Source: Malacoraja senta
Taxonomy: Eukaryota
Length of the DNA stretch: 64,000 nucleotides
Reading direction: 5' to 3'
Assembly: GCA_038087875.1 (NCBI GenBank)
Contig: CM075995.1
Location: 11,100,001 to 11,164,000, forward strand
The position numbers and the translations under genes were made by a program. The notes below the pieces were generated by a model that worked only from the letters and a program-made list of their open reading frames with translations, was not told the origin of the DNA and searched no databases. Within the stretch, counting starts at the first letter, position 1, and each line of letters opens with the position of its first letter. Shown here in pieces: positions 27,246 through 39,819 of this stretch.

Positions 27246-27408
27246 ATAGAAAATAGGTGCAGGAGTAGGCCATGCGGCCCTTTGAGCCTGCACCGCCATT
27301 CAATATGATCATGGCTGATCATCCAACTCAGTATCCTGTACCTGCTTTCTCTCCATACCCCCTGATCCCTTTAGCCACAAGGGCCACATCTAACTCCCTC
27401 TTAAATAT
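27246..27408 (-). mobile_element. CR1 3' UTR fragment inside Gypsy B RNase H
   Basis: Near-identical to 22130-22290, flanked by atat. The host reads PIAY|VSCTMTD across it. Confidence 0.85.
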
Positions 27409-28188
27409 GCAATGGGTCTGTGGCCTCTGTCATCGTTCTGGAGACAGGCTGCTCCCAGTCCCTATTGGGAGGCGTCGCGTTAAAGTGACAGGCAGCTTGA
27501 CAACGAAGTAAGCGAGTGTTGGAGCGCAGGACATGTGTTGCTCAACAGTTTCTAACGCCCTCTGCTGGTGATCGTGCCAGGATCAGTCTGTGTCTTTGTA
27601 AGTCAGTTGCCTTAGTGGGGCTGAGAGTTCAATGAAGTTTGGGATGAATTTTCCCAAATAGATTACCATGCCAAGAAACCGTTGTAATGCAGTCACGTCC
27701 GTGGGCACTGGCAGCTCGTTGATGGCGATGGTTTTCAAGAGGTCTGGTTTGAGACCGTCACTGGTGCATACATGACCCACATAGTTCACTTCGTTGACCC
27801 GGAACCTGCATTTTGGGGGGTGAGCTTTAGGTTGATTGCTCTGGCACGGGCGAGAACCAGCTTTAAGTTTGCGTCGTGCTCCCGGACGTTCTGTCCGGCG
27901 ACTAGGATGTAATCTACAAAGATAACACATGGGTATCCGGCAAATAACTGCTCCATGGTGCGTTGGAAAAACTCACTAGCCGAGTTTATTCCAAATTTCA
28001 TGCGTAAAAATCTGTAGCGTCCGAAAGGTGTGGCGAACGTGGTCAACATGGAGGATTCATGTCTAATGGAACCTGTCAGAATGAGTTCCCTCCGTCCAGG
28101 ACTGAGAATACTGTTGCTTTTTCCAGATTAGCCGCGACTTCTTCCACCATGCGCATCGGGTGGTGTGGGCATTTAATGCCAGGGTTTA

Positions 28189-29058
28189 TGTGGAAGAAAT
28201 TAATTTAGAGAGAAATAAAAGGAATAACGAAAAGTTCCAGACTTCGCAGGTTTGATTCAAGAGACTTTATTCCATGATACCATGGAGAGATGGCTGCAGA
28301 AATCTGCTCACCAGTTCTATGACTCTCAAGCAGAATTAGCCATCAGTTATACTGAGAAGTAAATAACTTTTGTTTACTTTTGTTAGATACTATTCTACAA
28401 AAACATTTAATCACCACGTGGGTACCAATTATTTCATTAGTCAAAACATACTTTTCGGTTATGTTAATCTTATTCAACAACAGATGGTTAATACGTCAAA
28501 CACAATACTAGGGAATCTTGACATTATTCTATCTCATGTTTTAAGCGGCCCACGTCACCATCCCCATTCCAAGCCGATCATATGCCTCCCATTTACTGCA
28601 ACGTATCTACTCTACTAACGGTAGGGGGCGCAGGTGATCCACTGTAACTTCTCAGACATGTAAACAAGCTTCTTTATCTCCTGCCATTTCATGTTCACAT
28701 TTATCATCCACATTTACATTCTCAGACTGGAGGTAATACGTCTTCTCTTACTTTGCCGGATCCCGCGAACTTCTACTGCACCTGGTCAAGCGAGAGCTGG
28801 CAATTGTCACATCCAAAACACCCTTTCGTTACCTTGTTCAATCCCAGTTAAATAAAGAAGGATATTTTTATCATTTAAAAATAAATTGGATAGTTATATG
28901 GACGGGAAAGGAATGGAGGGTTATGGTCTGAGCGCAGGTATATGGGACTAGGGAAGAATACGTGTTCGGTACGGACTAGAAGGGTCGAGATGGCCTGTTT
29001 CCGTGCTGTAATTGTTATATGGTTATATGGTTATATGGTTATTAACCTTTCTTCCACA
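28189..29058 (-). repeat. ERV 3' LTR containing a CR1 3' fragment at ~28862-29042
   Basis: 9-bp inverted termini TGTGGAAGA/TCTTCCACA, minus-strand PPT at 29059-29071, minus-strand AATAAA near 28266. Confidence 0.8.
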
Positions 29059-29161
29059 GTTTCCTCCTTGTTGATCTTTAAGATCAATACTTATAGTAAG
29101 AAAGGATAATAATATTTCCTCTCATGTCAGTTGCCAAAATGGAGCCATATATACATATATA

Positions 29162-29340
29162 CTAGACCAAGTGCAGACCCGTTGGGTCTGGACACCGAAC
29201 GTGCGTTTGCGGGGGGGGGGCTGTGAGTCTGTTCCTCCAAAGCACGGTTGCGGGGTTGGAATCTGGCACCCACAAACACACACACTCATCACACCCCTTG
29301 ATATTATCTTAATTATTTAATTGGCTTCTTTTATCCCATC
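29162..29340 (-). mobile_element. Helitron-like 3' terminus fragment
   Basis: Minus strand ends AGACCC-AAC-GGGTCT hairpin, 9 nt, CTAG, then T, the canonical Helitron 3' end. Confidence 0.7.
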
Positions 29341-31402
29341 TCGGTCCTTGAGCAAACAAAGGAATATGGGCACAAACCCAACATTCAAAGCAGAAAAGGA
29401 AGTTTGTTTACTTATAGCAGCAAATTCACTGTTTTCTGTGTGAAAGGTTCGTTGATTTCAACTTCACCCTCATCCTCTCTGATCCCACACAATGTTAGTA
29501 TATCCATGTATTTAATACTACAAAGATGGTTAATAAGAAATATGTCTACATTTTAATACTCTTTATTTATCATTATAAACTATTACGATTCTTGTGGTTC
29601 CTTCTTTTCGAAGGTTCCGTCTGAGTGATGCAGTTTACATCTGGTAGCATGTACCCAATCGGGTGTTTCTTTTACTTTTACTGCTGTTCGTGTTGTAAGA
29701 CGCAACAAATATGGTCATTTCCATCTAGGAGAGAAAGAAGCGTTATACATTGCTCACACATAAACCTGATCTCCTGGTTTAACTGGGTGCATATTTCCTT
29801 CCACCGGATGGACATGTCCTGCTTAACTTTCTCATAAATTTCACCAGCTATTTCACACATGGCTTGAGCACATCTTACGGATTTTCCATCATTCCAAATT
29901 AGAGCTACCTTCTTTCTCAGGGCATAAATCATTATACGCATGGCATCTGGACGCAACAACCTGTTTTGCTGGCATACTTTGCGCAAAGTAGATATTATCT
30001 CTCCATTTACTATTTCTACAATCCCTGAGTTGATTTAAAGCCTTTGTCAAGTTCTGGACTAAATTACTGGTGAAATTAGTTCATCTGTCACTGTTTATTC
30101 CAATGGGTATCCCGAATCTAGGTATTATTTCTTTCATTTATATATTGACTACCGTCCTTGCATCATCCCTCCTTGTGGGACGTGCTTCCACCCATGTAGA
30201 GAACATATCAACTATGACCAGAATGTTCTTAAAACCCTTTGCTGCTGGCATATGTACAAAATCAATTTGCAAATTCTCAAAAGGCATATCAAGTTGTGGT
30301 AAGTGAATAAATATTGCAGGCGTCTTCCCTCTATCATTTTGTTGACACACCAGACATGTTCTTGGAACTTTATCAATTATGACTTACGTACCTGGTGCAT
30401 ACCATTGCTGGGACAATGCATGTGCCATCCCCCTTTTCCATGTGAACCTGTCCATGAGCTAGGCGGGACAGGGGCAAAAATAGGCTCCTGAGGCAAACTA
30501 CTCGGCCCAAACACGGAGGTCTTGATAACACCCTGCTTTGCTCCAGCCATTATTTTCCTGAAGTGATGCTAGGCTCTTGGCATCCTGTAACTGGGTTTCA
30601 CCAATGCTACTCAGGAGCTTTCCTTGTGCTGCAGACCTTATCTTAACCGCTTGTAATTGCAGGGTTTGGCTCAGGGCAATCTGTTTGGCTGAAAAATCAG
30701 CTGATCTGTTTCCCCTTAATACATTATCATCCGATGATGTATGAGCTTCACATTAAATAACTGCAAGTTGCCCTGGCAATTGAATAGAATCCAATAAATT
30801 TAAGACCAGTTTACCATGCTAAATAGTATTTACTGTTGATGTAATGAATCCTCTATTTTTCCATAACTGCCCAAAGTCATGTACCTCAAACGCATAGCGA
30901 GAATCGGTGTAGATATTTGCACTTTTATATTTTGCCAATATGCAGGCACGAGTCAGGGTATACAGCTCAGTTGTCTGAGCAGACGTTCCGGATTGTAAAG
31001 CATATGCCCCCAGCACTTGGTGTGGTGTGACTACTGCATTTCCTACTAATAATTTGTCATCGCGAGGTCGGTGTGAAGACCCATCACTAAATAGGACCAG
31101 GTTAGGATTATCAATCGAATGGCCCTGCAAGTACAGCAAGGGAGTGACAGCGGCTTCTACAAGCAAAAAACAATCATGGTCTTCCTTTGTCTTCGGGACC
31201 GGGACGTTCTCAATTACTTTTATTCTGTCTCTTCCAGATCTCCTTCTGCCTTCCTGCAGCTGGAATCCCAGATACTGTACACTACGCTGGCAGAACTGTA
31301 ATTTTATACTTTATGCCCTCTTCCTGCCATATGTTGCAGCAAATTAATTGAGTCTTCTTTACAATCAGGCCTTGTCACATAGGCTACTAATAGCTCATCG
31401 AC

Positions 31403-31917
<515 letters not shown>

Positions 31918-34403
31918 ATAACCATGTAACCATATAACCATATAACCATAACAGCACGGAAACAGGCCATCTCGGCCCTTCAAGTCCGTGCCGAACATTT
32001 TTTAAATTTTTTTTTTAAAATTAAAAATAAATACTCCCCCCTAGTCCCATCTACCTGCACTCAGACCATAACCCTCCATTCCTCTCCCGTCCATATACCC
32101 ATCCAATCTATTTTTAAAGGATAACATCGAACCTGCCTCCACCACTTCCACGGGAAGCTCATTCCACACAGCTGCCACTCTCTGAGTAAAGATGTTCCCC
32201 CTAATGTTCCCCCTAAACTTCTGTCCCTTAATTCTCAAGTCATGTCCCCTTGTTTGAATCTTCCCTACTCTCAATGGCAAAAGCTTATCCACGTCCTCTC
32301 TGTCTAACCCGCTCATAATTTTAAAGACCTCTATCAATCCCCTCTTAACCTTCTGCGCTCCAAAGAATAAAGACCTAACTTGTTCAACCTTTCTCTGTAA
32401 CTTAGTTGCTGAAACCCAGGCAACATTCTAGTAAATCTCCTCTGTACTCTCTCTGTTTTGTTGACATCCTTCCTATAATTAGGCGACCAAAATTGTACTC
32501 CATACTCCAGAATTGGCCTCACCAATGCCTTGTACAATTTTAACATTACATCCCAACTTCTATATTCAATGCTCTGATTTTTAAAGGCCAGCACACCAAA
32601 AGCTTTCTTTACCACCCTATCTACATGAGATTCCACCTTCAGGGAACTATGCACAGTTATTCGTAGATCCCTCTGTTCAACTGCATTCCTCAATTCGCTA
32701 CCATTTACCGTGTACGTCCTATTTTGATTTGTCCTGCCGAGATGTAGCACCTCACATTTGTCAGCATTAAACTCCATCTGCCATCTTTCAGCCCACTCTT
32801 CCAAATGGCCAAAATCTCTCTGTAGACTTTGAAAATCTACTTCATTATCCACAACACCACCTATCTTAGTATCATCTGCATACTTACTAATCCAATGTTC
32901 CACACTATCATCCAGATCATTGATGTACATGACAAACAACAGTGGACCCAACACAGACCCCTGAGGCACCCCACTAGTCACCGGCCTCCAACCTGACAAA
33001 CAGCCATCCACCATTACTCTCTGGCATCTCCCATTCAGCCACTGTTGAATCCATCTTGCTACTCCACCATTAATACCCAACAATTGAATCTTCTTAACCA
33101 ACCTTCCATGAGGAACCTTGTCAAAGGCCTTACTGAAGTCCATATAGACAACATCCACTGCTTTACCCTCATCAATTTCCCTAGTAACCTCTTCGAAAAA
33201 TTCAAGAAGATTAGTCAAGCATGACCTTCCAGGCACAAATCCATGTTGACTGTTCCTAATCAGACCCTGCTTATCCAGATGCTTATATATATTATCTTTA
33301 AGTATCCTTTCCATTAATTTGCCCACCACTGACGTCAAACTAACAGGTCTATAATTGCTAGGTTTACTCTTCGAACCCTTTTTAAACAACGGAACAACAT
33401 GCGCAGTACGCCAATCCTCCGGCACTATTCCCGTTTCTAATGACATTTGAAATATTTCTGTCATAGCCCCTGCTATTTTTACACTAACTTCCCTCAATGT
33501 CCTAGGGAATATCCTGTCAGGACCTGGAGACTTATCCGTTTTCATATTTTTCAAAAGTGTCCGCACCTCCTCTTCTTTGAATCTCACAGTTTCCATTGCT
33601 ACTCTGCTCGTTTCCCTTACCTCACATAATTCCATATCCTTCTCCTTCGTGAATACCGAAGAAAAGAAATTGTTCAATATCTCCCCCATCTCTTTTGGCT
33701 CTGCAGATAGCTGTCCACTCTGACTCTCTAATGGACCGATTTTATTCCTTGTTATCCTTTTGCTATTAATATAGCTGTAGAAACCCTTTGGATTTACTTT
33801 CACCTTACTTGCCAAAGCAACCTCATATCTTCTTTTAGCTTTTCTAATTTCTTTCTTAATATTCTTTTTACATTCTTTATACTCCTCAAGCACCTCATTT
33901 AATCCATGTTGCCTATAATTATTGTAGATCTCTCTCTTTTTCCGAACCAAGTGTCCAATTTCCCTTGAAAACCATGGCTCTTTCCATTTTTTACTATTTC
34001 CTTTCAACCGAACAGGGAAATAAAGATTCTGTACTCTTAAAATTTCACCCTTAAATGTCCTCCATTTTTCTACTACATCCTTCCCATAAAACAACATGTC
34101 CCAATTCACTCCTTTTAAATCCTTTCGCATCTCCTCAAAGTTAGCCTTTCTCCAAACAAAAATCTCAAACCTAGGTCCAGTTCTGACCCTCTCCATAATT
34201 ATATTGAAACTAATGGTATTGTGATCACTGTACCCGAAGTGCTCCCCGACGCATACCTCCGCCACTTGCCCTGTCTCATTTCCTAACAGGAGGTCCAGCA
34301 CTGCCCCTTCTCTAGTAGGTACCTCTATGTATTGCTGCAAAAAACTATCTTGCACACTTAACTTCTTGCACTTCTTAACCGTGACCCACTTGTCTGCCTC
34401 CCG
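31918..34403 (-). mobile_element. CR1 family B copy with a long open ORF2 segment, inserted in the microsatellite
   Basis: 708-aa ORF 32334-34460 (SDHN, DFSKAFD, YADD); octamer tail at 31918-31950. Confidence 0.95.
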
Positions 34404-34490
34404 TCCATCCATCCATCCATCCATCCATCCATCCATCCATCCATCCATCCATCCATCCATCCATCCATCTATCTATCCATCTATCTATCT
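34404..34490. repeat. (ATCC)n(ATCT)n microsatellite, second half
   Basis: Directly visible. Confidence 0.95.
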
Positions 34491-34929
34491 AATTAAAACT
34501 CTCATCTTGTCCTCTTCCGGTTTGCGCTGTTTTTACATTTGCGCAAAACGGTACCCGATAGCGCTACGATTTTTCGCCACCTTACTCACCATTGTCCTGT
34601 GCTGCAAGTGCATCTAGGTTTATTCCGATTGGTGGAATATTACAAATATTATTAAGGTTTTTGGTCTTCTCTCCTGTAATTCGCTGGGACGGCAACGCCC
34701 CTTCCGGCACCCGCTGTCAATCACCGGCGGCGAGGAAAATAAAGCTGAAAGAGCAGAGTGTGGAGAGTGCGTGCGGATGCGTCTGCGGCTGCCACCACGA
34801 TGAGCCGCTGAGTCGAGAGCCGCTGAGTCGGGAGCCGTTGAGTCGGGAGCCGATGATGAAAGCTGGGAGCCGGGAACCGGGCGCCGTTGAGTGCGGCTGG
34901 ACCCGGGGCCAGGAGCCGTTGAGTGGAGC

Positions 34930-36019
34930 CGGGAACCCGCCTGAAGCTGTCCCGTGCCCAGCTGCAGGACGCGCCCCAGCAGTCCCCACCTGAAGACGGT
35001 GGTGGGCGGCAGCAGTAGCCCACGACAGGCCCGGCCTGAAGTCGTCCACCTCCCCCGACTGCAGGACACTCCCCCCTCATCACCGGCTCCCGACATACAC
35101 CGCCTGAAGCTGTCCCCCACCCCCGGCTACAAGACACTCCCCCTCCCCTCGCCCCGTCTGAAGCCGTCCCCGTCCCTGGCTACACGATGCACACCTGCAC
35201 TACCCCAAGAAAAGTCCATTCGGCCCACAATGTCCGTACTAGCCCTCCGGAAACCAGACCCTTCAGCCCACAACACGTGTTGTCGCCCACGAAAAGTCAA
35301 TTTGGCCCACAATGTCCATACTATCCCTGCAGAAACGAGTCGCATCGGCCCACAACACCGGGATTAGCCGAAGAAAAGTCCCTTCGGCCTCCATTGTCCG
35401 TACTAGCCGTCTGGAATGCAGTCTCTTCGGCGCACAACACATATTAGCCCTCCAGAAATCCCCCTCCCTTTCCCATCTGCAGGACGCTACCCACCCCCCC
35501 TGCACTGGCCCCCGTCTGAAGCCGTCCCAGTCCCAAGCTGCAGGATGCTCCCCACCAGTGAAGGGGGTGGTATCGTCCTGCAGCTGGGGACGGGACGGGC
35601 CACTGCAGCGACACGCCACGGCAGCGACACGCCACGGCAGCGGCAGGGGTAGGAAGTGGCAGCTGTAAGCAGTGGCAGTGATAGGCCAGGACAACGGTAG
35701 GCTACGGCAGAGCATCCCCCTTCCCCCACCGGCCCCCGACAGGCCCCGTCCGAGGCCATCCCTGCTCCCGAATGCAGAACGCTCCCAACGCCCCCGCCAG
35801 AAGCGATCTCTGTCCCCAGCTGCAGTCCATTGGGCCCAAAACACCGGCAACAGCCCGAGAAAATTCAATTCGGCCCTCAATGTCCGCACTAGACCTCTGG
35901 AAACCAGGTCCACAACAGCTGTACTAGCCCAGAAAAGTCGATTCGGACCACAATATCCATACTAGCCCTTCATATACCATTCCCTACGGCCCACAACATG
36001 CACTAGCGCAGTAAAAGTC
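34930..36019. repeat. GC-rich minisatellites (cccgcctgaagccgtccccgtccccagctgcaggacgctcc and aaaagtc..cggcccacaatgtccgtactagccc units)
   Basis: Many degenerate units are visible. Confidence 0.85.
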
Positions 36020-39000
36020 AGCTTTATTATTTCCAGCTAGATTGCGTTTTCGACTTTTCAACGGTAACTTTCGATGTTTTAACAGCCCTCTGGACGCCTC
36101 CAGCTTTCTGGAGAGCTACGAGGAGGAAGCGGAGTAATTGATAGCTGATTAAGTTATAATTGGAGAATCACTGTCCCTATTTTGACAGCATTTCGTTTGG
36201 TAATGATTAAGAATTTACTGGACGAGTTGTTTTTCTTTTATATATATTATTTTAAGAATTTCTTTGTTAATTCGTGTTCCCCTGTCGTTAGGCAAACTAA
36301 GAGATCGCAGTTCTTGTTTTTCATATCGTGACCTTGGAGTAGCAGTCACGCTTTAACTCCATGCCAGTCTGTATTTTTTTTCTTCTCTCTCAAAGAGATA
36401 ATAACGAATGTGTTATGACTGGGAGTGGTTAAATATTATTCTTTTGATGCCGAGCGCTGTTCCTAGGAGAGATGGAATCGGGGAGGGGATTAGGTAGCTT
36501 GCTGACTGTTTATTTTCCAGTTTGGGGTTCTACAGGGGTGGGAGGGGGAGGGGGGAGGTTTTTTTGTTCCCTATTTAGTGTTCTTCATTTGTGCAAACTG
36601 AACTACAAAAATGTCTGAAATGTCGTCACTTCTGGCTCCGCCCTAGATTTTTCTTCTTCCAGTATTATGAACTTTTAGGCTTCAAGAAATTAACCCATTA
36701 CATCCCACATGATTTTTACAAGCAATATGGATAAAGTTACTAATTTCCTTTCATGCAATGTGAATGGCTTGAACCATCCCATTAAGAGGACTTTTAAAAA
36801 AAAGTTCTTCACAGACTGAATGCTCACATTATCTTTTTTTCAGGAAACTCGTGTAAGGCAAGTTGGCAAGTCGCGATTTTTCAGGGTTTGGAGAGGACAG
36901 CAGTTTCATTCAAATTCACAGGCTAAGGTGAAAGGAGTATATTTTTTATTGACTCTTCAATTCCGTTTGTTCAGCATGAAACAATTTCTGATCATTATGG
37001 CAGATTCTTGGTGATTACCGGTGTCCTTTATAGGCAAAAGTCGCTATGGTGAATGTCGATGCACCAAATATTAATCACCCTGAGTTTTTTAAACAGTTAA
37101 TTGCATCCTTTCCTAATTTAAATGAACACTTTTATTAATGGGTGGAGACTTCAATTGCTGTCTGAATCCCTCGATTAACAGGTCTACATCTGATCATGTG
37201 CTTCCAAATAAATCAGCTAATTTTATTAATTCTTTTTTACTTGACTCGGGAATGTTAGAAATTTGGAGATTCTTACACCCAAATGACAAACAATTTTCAT
37301 TTTCTCTCATGTATATCATAGTTATTCTAGGATCGACTATTTCATACTAGATTCTCGGCTAGTTCCATTGGTCATTGCATGTGAGTATGATGCAATTGCT
37401 ATTTCTGATCGTGCACCATTGAAACTATTGATCAAACTACCTGATTCCAAATTTAGTGCTAAACAACGGCGATTTAATGCTACTTTGCTTCAAGACTTAA
37501 ACTTTATTAAGTTTATGAAAGATCAGATTGCTTTTTACTTCTTGACAAACTCTAATGAAGAGATATCCAATGGTGTAGTCTGGGACGCTTTTAAGGCATA
37601 TATTCGTGGACAAATTATTTCATACTCCGCGGGATTAAAAAAACAAACACAAAAAGAAATACGCATATTGGCTGACGATATTAATGAAATTGATAAAAAA
37701 TATTCAAAAGTTCCTAGTTTAGAGCTCTATAAGAATAGAGTTGAACTTCAATTGAGATATGATTTGTTATTAGTATCACCGATTGAGAACCAGTTACTTA
37801 AAACCAAAAGTCGATTTTATATACATGTCGAAAAATCTGGTAAATTACTTGCGAATCAATTGAAAGCAGTGGCGGCCACGCGTCAGATTACTAAAGTGAG
37901 TAAACGGGTAGGTACAATAACTGTAGACCATGACGAAATGAATAAATCCTTTCAGGAAATTTATACCTCCCTATACCAATCAGACGTTCCTACTGATTCC
38001 AATATAATACATGAGTTTTTAAAGAAACGGAACTTACCAAATTTACCATATAACGAGTATCTGTTGTTAGATGAACCCATCACGGAAGAAGAAATACAGA
38101 AAGCAATTTTTTCAATGAATGCTGGTAAAGCTCCCGGCTTAGATGGGATTACAGTAGAATTTTTAAAGTATTTTTCAAATTTATTGTCTCCATGGCTATG
38201 CAAGGTATTTAAAGAAGCCTTTTTAAGGAATAGATTACCACAATCTTTTTATGAAGCTTCTATTTCTTTAATTCTTAAAACCCTATAAAGACTCTACTGA
38301 AGTGACATCATATAGACCTATATCAATATTAAATGTAGATAAAAAAATTATTTCCAAAATATTAGCTATGAGATTGGAAAATATTTTACCGCACATTATC
38401 TCTGAAGATCAGACAGGTTTTTATTAAAAATCGTTACTCATACTTTAACGTCAGGAGATTAATGAATATTGTATAAACAGCGTCTAATAAAACCCCAGAA
38501 TGTGTCATCTCACTTGATGCCGAGAAGGCGTTTGATAGTGTAGAATGGGAATACTTATTCAATACACTTGAACAATTTAAGTTTGGTCCAAAATTTATCT
38601 CTTGGATCAGCTGATATATCTTATACCTCAGGCTTCTGTATTTACTAATAATCAGAGATCCCATTTTTTCAGGCTCTTTCGAGAGACTAGACATGACTGT
38701 CCCTTAAGGCCTTTACTATTTCATATTGCTTTGGAACCTTTAGCCACCGCTATTAGGGAATCCCCTAATATTTTTGGTATTGTCCGCGGGAATAAGACAT
38801 ATAAGCTATCTCTTTATGCAGATGATCTGTTATTATTTATTTCTAACCCTGAGAAATCTATTCCGTCAATAGTAGCATTATTTAATCAATTTAGTAGTTT
38901 TTCTGGTTATAAACTAAATCTTTAGTAAGAGTGAGCTTTTTCCATTAAATAATTTTGTTACGAGTTATGGACAGTTTCCATTTAGATTGACTATCGAAAG

Positions 39001-39792
39001 TTTTACTGATTTAGGTATTAAGATCACCAAGAAACACAAGGATTTATTTAAAGCTAATGTTATGCCTTTAATTGACCAAATTAAACATCAGTTTACTAAA
39101 TGGTCACCAATGTCCTTATCCTTAATTGGCCGAATCAATGCTATTAAAATGTTCATTTTACCTAAATTTCTGTATTTATTTCAGACGATACCAATTTTTA
39201 TTGCCAAATCTTTCTTTGATATTATAGACTCCAAACTTTCTTCATATATATGGCAGAATAAAAATCCCAGACTAGGTAAAAAATACCTAAATAAATCAAA
39301 AAAAGTTGGTGGTTTGGCATTGCCGAACCTTAGACTCTACTATTGGGCAGTCAATGTTCGTTATTTAACATTTTGGACAAAATATTTAGAAGATACCCAA
39401 TGCTCTGGTGGATAAACCTAGAACGTGATTCCTTACAAGGGCTATCATTGGCTTCTATTCTAGGGGTCTCGATACCTTTTACAATTACGAGATTGAATAA
39501 ACATACGACTAACCCAATAATAAGACATACGTTCCGAATATGGTTTCAATTTCATAAGTTTTTGGGACTACATGATTTTATCTTATCGAGTCCTATTTTA
39601 TCCAATTTTCTCTTCCAACCATCTCGTACTGATCAAGTCTTTTTGTTATGGAAGAGGAAGGGATTAGTAGCTTTTCGTGATTTGTTTTTGGAGGGTTGTT
39701 TTATGTCTTTCGAACAACTCTCCAATAAATATAACTTACCTAATTCACACTTTTAAAAATATATTTACAAATTAGACATTTTTGAAGGCTAC
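36020..39792 (+). mobile_element. Second L1 family, internal fragment lacking both termini
   Basis: Starts at the ORF1 C-terminus (ALLFPARLR), then inter-ORF spacer and ORF2 (FQETR, GGDFN, DAEKAFD, YADD). It stops at YLQIRHFLKA, before the CCHC domain. Confidence 0.9.
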
Positions 39793-39819
39793 TAAATGTT
39801 TTTGGGAAAACATTTACAG

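Larger units (their letters stand above)
24500..28188 (-). mobile_element. Gypsy LTR retrotransposon B (RT, RNase H, integrase, PPT, partial 3' LTR)
   Basis: TTFATPFGRYRFLRMKFG, VDYILV, TDHQPLVSIL, HHCC Zn finger, VLVDSYS. PPT at 24594-24606 followed by an LTR start TGTAGA (24593 leftwards). Confidence 0.9.

Noticed and set aside
29678..29986. Cys-rich 102-aa ORF as a novel ERV accessory gene
   Set aside because: It is the integrase core running out of frame. The alternative frame gives the standard PGDQVYV..PRW..PY..WVHATRCK integrase C-terminus.
34930..36019. CRISPR-like repeat-spacer array
   Set aside because: The units are degenerate with non-unique intervening sequence, the context is eukaryotic and there are no cas genes.
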